This document shows, piece after piece, positions 7,701 to 16,700 of a stretch of 20,000 nt of DNA. Position 1 is the stretch's first letter; each line of letters opens with the position of its first letter. Location: IMG/VR virus record IMGVR_UViG_3300045912_000307. One strand, 5' to 3'. This DNA is from an uncultured virus (IMG/VR IMGVR_UViG_3300045912_000307). Its lineage: Duplodnaviria > Heunggongvirae > Uroviricota > Caudoviricetes. The position numbers and the translations under genes are program-made. The notes beneath the pieces are model-generated. The model was given only the letters and a program-made list of their open reading frames with translations, did no database searches and was not told the origin of the DNA.

Positions 7701-10700
7701 AACAAGATAAAGAAAAGATTAATAATTTAAAAAATGATATTAAAATTGCTGAAGAAGCAGGTCGTCCTGCTAGTGCAGCTAGAGCTGAAAAATTAAAAGA
7801 ATTAAAAGATAAATTGCAACAAGAAAAAGCTAAACCTGAAGAACAACAAGATAAAGATCTTATCAATGATTTAAATGAAAGTATTGATATACTAGAAGCT
7901 TTAGAAAAAGAAGAACAAATTGAAAAAAGAACTATTAAAACTATTAAAGAAAGATCTAAAAAAATTAAAGAAGAATTAGATGAGATACAAGAACAAATTA
8001 AAGTATTAGAAGCAGAAAGTGAAGCTACTAGATCTGAAGAAGATAATAATAAATTAAAAGAACTTAAGACTAAAGAAAAAGCTTTAAAAAGAACTAAAAG
8101 AATATTAGATAATTTATCTAAGATATATGTTGAAGCTAGTCAAGAAAACGTTGATATTAATAATCTAGCTAAAGAACTAGCTAAAGTTAACCAACAAATT
8201 CAAGCTAAAAATGCAGAAAAATTTAATAAAGAAACTAGTATTAAAAATGCAGCTGATAGACAGTTAAAAGCTTTAGGTTTACCTCCTCATATGCACAAAT
8301 TTGCTCAAGATGTAGATAAAGCTTTTTATGCTAGAAAGAAAATTATTAAAGAACAAGATTACTTAAATAAAGTATTTCAAAGATTAGATACTGATGGTAT
8401 GAAAGTAGAACAAGAAAGACAATATCGTCAGTATCAAAATAGAATGAGAAGTGTAGCTTATGTACAACAATTAAATACTTTAAGAAGATTTCAAGCAGCT
8501 GGTGGAGGTATTGCTTATTATCCTCCTATTACTTTTCAACAAGAAACAGGTAGAATGAATGAAGATGGTACTCCTGAAACTAAAACAGTTAAAGGTACTC
8601 TTCAAACTCCTATTATTATGAAAATTGTAACTAAAGATGGTAAGTTGTATATGCAACCTACTAATCTTAATACAATGACAATGACTACTCAACAAGCTGC
8701 TATATATGAAAAAGTAGTAATACCAGGTAGAGAACAAGAATTTTATGCTACACTAGAAGCTCTTAATGCTTTAAAGAAAGAGTTTAAAGATTATCAGAAA
8801 AGCATTGAAGAAAGTACTCAAGATGAAAAAGAACGTAAAAGAGTTTTCTTTTCTGATGAACTAGTTAAATCTTATCAAGAAAATATTAAAGAATTACAAG
8901 AAAGACTTAATTCTCTTAAGTTATTTAGAGTATCTACAGCAAAAGAAGTTGAAGGTAGTAATTTTGAAGGTATAGCTATTGTAACTCCTTCTAGTACTAG
9001 AGTATCTCAATTACTTGTTACTGATGGAATGACTTTTCGTAAGAAAGTTAAAAGTGAAGATGGTAAATACACTGAACAAGATGTACCTGTTGAAGGTAAT
9101 GGTATTAAAGCCGGTACTACAATTACTTATACTTATACTAATATTAATAATGAAACAGTAACTAAAGAGTATAAGTTAAGAAGAGGTAAAAGAGCTGGTG
9201 ATAAAGAGATCATGGTAGAAAGTGAAGAATCTAGTATACTAATACCTGTTAGTTATAATGTAGTAATGAGTTCTTCACCTGTTAATTCTAAAGAAAAGAA
9301 AAAATTACTCAGAGAACAAGAAGCAATAGAAGCTATGACTATGCGTCAAGCTAGAATATTGCAAACTCAATATGCTTTAAATCAAAGATTAATAGAGATT
9401 GATAAAGAGCAAAGAGATAAAATAGAAGAAGATCAAAGAATTAGTGAATCTATTGAAGCTCTTTTAAAGATTTATAATGATTATATAATTAACTATGACT
9501 TTACAGCTTCAGATGAAGAACTACAAAAATTAGATGAAGAACTAAAGAAAACTTATATAGCTATTAAACAAGCTTTTATAAAGTATGGTGATGCTACTTT
9601 AAAGTCTTCTTTTGATACTTATATTAAAGAGTTAGACGCTCTTACTGCTGATATTAAAGAAATGAATGCTTTAATTAGAGCAGGAGCATCTCACATAAGA
9701 ACTATAAATGGTACTATTAAAAGTATTGAAGATAGACAAGCTAAAATTAAAGAAGAAAAGATAAAGCTTGAAGAATTACAACTAGAAGCTGAAATTCAAT
9801 TAGAAGAGTACGAAAAGAATTTACAAAAGAATTCAAAACTAATAGAGCAATTAACTAAAGACAGAGCAAATTTAGAAGCAAGAATTGCAGAAATAGAGCA
9901 ATCAGCTAAAGGAGCTAAATCACAAAAAGCAAAAGCAACTATTAGTGCTTTTAAAAAGCAAATAGACGCTATTGATGAACAATTAAATGAACTATACACT
10001 AAAAATGTTATTGAAGGTTTTGAAGCATCTGAACAAGTAAAACAATATGAAAAAGCTGTTGTTGAATTAGAGATAGAGTATTCTAAACTAGAAAGTGAAA
10101 AAGAAAAAGCTAAAATTACTTTAGGTGAATTAAAAGAGTCTATTAAAAAGAATCAAAAGAAAAAAGCAGAAATTGCTAAAGAAAGAGCTGAAAAATCTAA
10201 AGAATTAGATGCTTTAAAAGAAATAGGTACTACTTCTAACTATTTAGCTGTGCAAGAAAGTTTTAATAAAAACTTTTTAGCTTATGAAAAACAAATTGAA
10301 AATGCTAACAACACTGTAAGAGAATTACAGTTAAGTATTACTAGAGCTGAGCAAATATTAACAGTAGTTGATTTAGATAGAGCTTATCAAAACTTTTATG
10401 TTAAAGGTATTGAAGCTATTAATGCTCGTGTTAAAAAAGCTATAGAAAACGGAGATACTACAGTTGATGGTATTGATATTTCTGAAATAAAAATGATCAA
10501 TGCCATGACAAAAAGTATGATAGAAAGACTTAACAAGAAAAAAGAAGAAATAATTAAAATGGAAGGATTAGCTGCTACTAAACAAAAAGAATTACATAGA
10601 ACTAATAAAAAAGATCCTAAATATCCTAAATTAAAACAAGAATTATCTGATCTAAGAGCTGAGATTAAAGCTGCTCGTGCTGAAGCAAAAAATATAAAAA

Positions 10701-13700
10701 ATTTAATAGAAGAGAATAGACAAGAAATAGATAAGAAAATAAAAGAAAAAATTACTCTTAATAAAGAAGATTTCTTTAAAGAAATTATGAAAACATCTGG
10801 AGTAACTCAAAACATGATTAATCTTTATAATGAAGGAAAATTAGATGAGTTAAAGAAAGCTATGTTTCCAAAAATAGTAGAGGAATTTGTAACTGAAGAT
10901 GGAGATGTTGAAGTAGTAGCTGAATCAGATGAAGAATATAATGAAAGATTAAGTACTATCAATATACATGAACATGAAAACTTTGGAAAACTAAGCGTAT
11001 TTGCTATGTTACAACAAGAAGATATCCCTGATACTGTAGTTACAGAAGGTATTAGTGATATGAAAGCTTTTGTCAATGATCTTGTTGATAAAGTTAAAAA
11101 CAGAATTAATCAAAAAATAGATCTTGAAAATAAACTTAAAGAAGAATTAGAAACTAAAAAAGAAGAATGGATAAAAGCTAATCCTGCTTTCTTATTTATT
11201 AAAGAAAAAGATCTTGAAAAGTTCATAATTACTGAAGAAACTAAAGAAAAACTTGGTACTCAAATAAGAAATGCTTATAATTTATTTTCACAAACTGTTG
11301 ATATTTTAGCTAAACGTAAGAAAGCGATACAAGAAAGAATAGAAGAACTTGATAGAGAAGTAAATGGACCTGGTGGTATTGTTGAACAATTTGCAAGACT
11401 TACTGCTTTACAAGAAAGTTTAGCAGAAGATGCTAAATTGTATAAAGAAGGTAAAGCAGAAGAAGAGTTTTATAAAAAATATACTATTAAGAATCAAGCT
11501 GAACTCTATGTTTCTTTAGCTAAAGATATTGAAGAGTATAATAAGAAACTAGAAATGTTAAAAGCTGACTTAGCTAATCATGAAAAAGAAATTCAAATTC
11601 TTGAAGCTTTAATGAGTTCATTAGATCCTCAAGAACAACAAGTTGAATACGATAATGCTAAAGCTAAAGTAGAAGCTCTTAATGAAGCTATTAATAAGAT
11701 CAATAGTGAGTATGAAAATATTAATAGTGATTTAGAAAAAGCTAAACTACAAAGATTTGATATTGCTTTACTGTATTCTTTTATACCTGAAGAAACAAGA
11801 ATGCTTCATGAAAAAAGAGAATTTGTTAACAATAACAGACAAGTTTTAGATGATCTAATTGCTCAAAGATCTGAATTATATCAAAAAAGAGCTGCTTTAG
11901 AAAACGTATATACTAAAGTTAGAAAAGGTAGAAAGACTTTAGTAGTAACTACTAAAGATCGCATAGCAAGAAATAAAGAGTTATTAAATCAGCTTATTGA
12001 AGAACTAAAGCAACAAGTATCATTAGCAAACGATGTTAGTCTTAGTGTTAATTTAAAAGAACAAGTTAGTAGTACTATTAATGACTTAGAAAAACAAATA
12101 GCTCTCAATGAAAAAGCTAGTTTAAAACTACTTAATGAAATTGATAAATTAAAATTAAGTGAATTAACAGAACAAAATATAGAGTTAATAGCTTCTAAAA
12201 AACAAGCTTTTAATGAGATTAATGCTAAACTAGAAACACTCAAAAGTGATTTAAATATCTATAAGAAAATGTTAGAATTACCAATGGGTGATATTAGCAT
12301 TAGTAACAGAGAAGCTATTATAAAAAAGATAACTGGGCAAAGTGCTGATGAAATTAAATTAAATGATAGCGAAACTACTGTAGCAAACTTTATTGAAACT
12401 TTAAAAGGTTTTATTGAATCTGATGAAAGAAACTTAGAATTATATAATCAGCAAATACAAGAGCTAGATGAGAAGTTAAAAGAAGTAGGTAAAAACTTAG
12501 TTTTAACTACTACTCGTAATGAAGTTGATCCTATTTCTAGTGCTAGAACTGCTGAAAGAATTATAAAGAGTAAATCAGCAATAGCTTTATATAAAAACAA
12601 GTTAGAAAAAGAACAAGCTAAACTAGAAGCATTAGAAAAAGAGTTAGATGCTAAGAAAAAAGAACAAGAAGCAAATAGAGAAGCTTTAAAAGACGCTAAT
12701 CAAAAACCTCAAAGTACTCCTTCTGAAAAGCTATTAAAAGATAAAGAAGTAAAAGAAGCTAATGATAAAGTAACATTAACTAAGAGAGAACTAGCAATAC
12801 TATATGGTAAAATAAAAACTACTAAAAGAAATATTGCTAAATACAGAAAAGATTTAATAAAAGCTACTGAAAACTATAATTCATTCTTTAATGTTACTTT
12901 ACAAGAAGAAGCTATACAAGCTCAAAATCTCTTGTTAATTCAAGATATAGCTAGAATTAGTGGAGGAGAATTGTACGATGGTTTTAACTACTCTGGTAGA
13001 AATGATGCTAATGAATTACAACCAGGTGGTAGCAGATCAAGTACTTTTGCTTTAGAAGGTTATCATGCTAAATCTAAAGACACTATTTTTGCTACTGCTA
13101 ATGCGTTTACTTTATGGGATGGTACAAGTAAAGTGTATAATGAAAAAGGTATTCCTATTGTTACTAAGGACATTCATCAAGTTAATTTCTTAAATGCTTT
13201 AGCTGATCTTGCTGATAACAATTTTAGTGAGTTTAATGAAAACCATGTGTTACAAGTAGTAAATCCTACATCACTTGGTAGTGAAGATCCTTCTATTAAC
13301 TACTTATCTAAACTTCCTTTCTATGATGAAGATGGTACTAGTACTATGACTATTGGTGAAATGAATAAAAAAGAAGCTAAAAATTTAGGTTTATATGTAG
13401 TTATTGCTAATAAAAAAGGTGAATGGTTATATAAAATGGAAGATGGATCTTATGAATATCATAGTATTCCACCAGATAAAGGTATGCCTATTTTTACAAC
13501 ATTTGCCAGTGAAAAACGAGTAGATTACTTAGATAATAATGCTTTTAAGAAAAAGATTGAAGAGTTAACGGGTTCTAAAACAATACAAGGAGTTCATATA
13601 ATTAACGGTGTTAAATATGATTTAAGTACTAAAGAAAAAGAATTAGAATTTTATAAAGACCCAAATCATCCGCTTAAAAAAGCTTTACGAGTTATTATTA

Positions 13701-16700
13701 AAAATGAACTTACAGCTTTCAGGAATAGAGTAATACATGAAAGCATGGTAGGTAATAAAGTATTTACTAAAATAGAACAAACAAGAGTAGGAGGTTTATT
13801 AAGAAGACAAAAACAAAATTTAGTAGTTGATACTAAAGATGGTGCTAAAACACTTAGAGTAGCTGATGTAAGACCTGTAAACATTCACAATATAAAAGAA
13901 GTAACTGTAGATAAACGATCTGATAAAAAAGGTATGGTTATCGTAACAGATGATAAAGGTACAGAAATAGATGTTTACGGTAGAAAAATGAATAGTAATG
14001 AAATAGTAGCAGCTATGTTTTTAATAGCTCATGCTACATCTCATGAAGAAGGATTAAAAAAATTAAACAATAGTATTATCATTAATGATGTAGAATATCC
14101 TGTACTAAATACTAAAAATAATCCAAATGGTTTACTTAATAGTTTAATGCACTGGACAGGTAAACCTGGAGAAGATATTCCTAAAACAGCTATATGGGTT
14201 GAAAAAGGTGCTATCAATTTTGCTTTTGGTAATAAGACTTCTTTTATAACTATTAACAATCTTAAAAAATTAGTTCAGTTTATAAAAGACAACATTCAAG
14301 ATATTACTAACGAAAATGGAGAAATTGATTTGAACTTGTTGAATGATAGAGTTAAAAATCTACAAGATAATAGAGGTATGCAACAATTCATTGCTTATAT
14401 GCAAAATAAGCGTGTAAATGTTGTAGCAGATAAATTAAATAAAAATGAGCCATATTTTAAACCTGTTATAGAAAATGGTAATCTATCTGTTAAAGAGTAT
14501 CCAAGTTATAAAGAATATCTTATCAATGAAGTTCTTGTTACAGATGTGATACCTGTTAGTGAATTACAAGATCAAGGATTAACAACTAATAAAGGTAACA
14601 GCTATATTACGTTTAAAGGTTTATCTACAAGTCCTGATATGAAAAATACAGTTAAGATAACTGTTGAAAAATATATAAATAAAGAAGGTATTCCATTCCA
14701 AAATGGAGAAACAGTCATAGTTAATAGAACTTTGAAAGATGGAGAAGTAGAACAATTCCAATCAATGTTAGTATTAAAAGACGGTCGTTGGTTTATTTAT
14801 CATAATAATGAGTATATTGATGTTGCTAAAGATCCAAATCTTTCTATAGAAAAATATACTGAAGAAGATGAAGAAGATGTAATTGCAAATCAAAATTCTG
14901 ATTCTCCGTCTCCTAAGTCTGAGTTAAAACCATTCGGTAAACTTAAATTTAATGAAAGAGCTGAAGCTATAGATAAAGCTACGCCTATAAAGTTTCAAAT
15001 AAATAATCAGAATACTATAGAAGTTGATGGAGCTAAAATAGTATTTAAAACTTCACAAGAAAATATCCAAAAGTTTATAGAAACAGGAGAAGGTTTATCT
15101 GATAAAGAAGTAGTAGCTGAAGTAAATCAAAAAACTACACATAATGGAAAAACTGTAAATACTAGTTATAAGTTAATTTATGATTCTGGTAGTAAATTAA
15201 TTATAATAGATCCTACTAGTGTTACAGTAGATGGTAAAGATTTTACTAAGTTCAGAGAAGAAAATGCTAACATTGTTAGTTTAGATGACTTAAATAAAAA
15301 CTTAACGTTTAGTGATGGGTCAGTGTATAACCTAAATGATAATGTTATTCCAGGTGTAGCTGGTTTTGATTTGTATTTAAAACAGCAAATTAAACAAGCT
15401 CTTGAAAACATTGCTAAAAAATATAATAAAACTTATGAAGAAATACTAAGCTTTGCTAAGTCTATTAATAATGTTGAAAAAGATAATTTAGATAATTTAA
15501 TTAAAAACACTAAACCTGAAGATTATCAATTAGTACAAGATATACTTAGAATACTAAGAGGTGATGATATTAACGTTGGTTTAAAACTATTATTAGCAGA
15601 TAGCAAAGGTAATTCTTTATACGGTTTTAATCCTAATACTTTAGATTCTACAGCTTTACCTAGTGTACTTAGACCTTCGATTCTTACTTTAGGATTTAGC
15701 GAAGATTCTAAAGCTCAATATACTGTTCCTACTAAAAATGAATTAGTAGCGCGTATATCTTACGCTTTAAGTAACAATTTAGGTTATTTTGAAGCTACTG
15801 AAACATCTATAGGTAATGCTACTGATATAACTAAGGAAAGAGGTTCTGTAATACTAGATGATGGTGCTTTAGAATATCAAGCTAGCGATTCTATGGTCTT
15901 TTATGATCCTAATCAAAACAGAACTAAAGTAGCTATTCCTCCTTCTGTGTATGTAATATATGCTACAGCAGTTAGTACTGGTGATCCTAAAATCAGATTA
16001 TCAAACACAATGGATAATCTAATTAGTGTTTTAAATAACGCTAGACATGGTATAGTTACTAAAGCAGATATTAATGAAAAGTTAAGAGAAGTATTCAAAA
16101 CTCAAGATGACAGTAAAACAAAAAATGATAAAGAAAAAGAGAATGCTCAAACTAAAGAATCTGAAGTTAAAGAAGTTAATATAGTTCCTTCTAAGTTTGA
16201 ATTTAGAGATTTAAATAGTGTTGATGCTCAAATCTTAGACAATCCTATTGATGCTCTATTAAATGAGCTAAATAATGATCAAGAAAGCTTTGTAGCTATT
16301 CGTAAACAAACTTCTAATAAAACTAGTAAAGATCCTGTTACAATAGAAGATTTAATAGAGTTAGATAATTTAATTAAAAATGACAAAATAACTGATCCTT
16401 TAGATAAAGCTAATGTATTAGCAATTTTAGATAAGTTTAAATCTCTAGATTTATCTAATATGACACTTAGTTCTGAATTTGATATTAGTGAAAATAGTGA
16501 AGATATAGAACTGTTAAGAAACTTATTTGAAGCTTATTATAGAGATAATGAGTATATAAATGATAAAGAAAATAAGATAGAAGAAATATTAGAAGCAATT
16601 AATGAACTAAGAGCAATATTAAGCAAAGAAAACAACTCTGTAGCTACTATAACAACAACTGATGATAATGTAAATGTAATTATTGACGGTAAAGTTTATG

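Noticed and set aside
9400..12900. SMC/Rad50/myosin-like annotation of the giant protein
   Set aside because: The resemblance is only coiled-coil composition; no Walker A/B or ABC signature motif was seen.
811..16098. Short minus-strand ORFs (61-85 aa) in the ORF track
   Set aside because: They are S/F/L/I-rich antisense shadows of A-rich, Lys/Glu-rich plus-strand genes and show no recognisable motifs.
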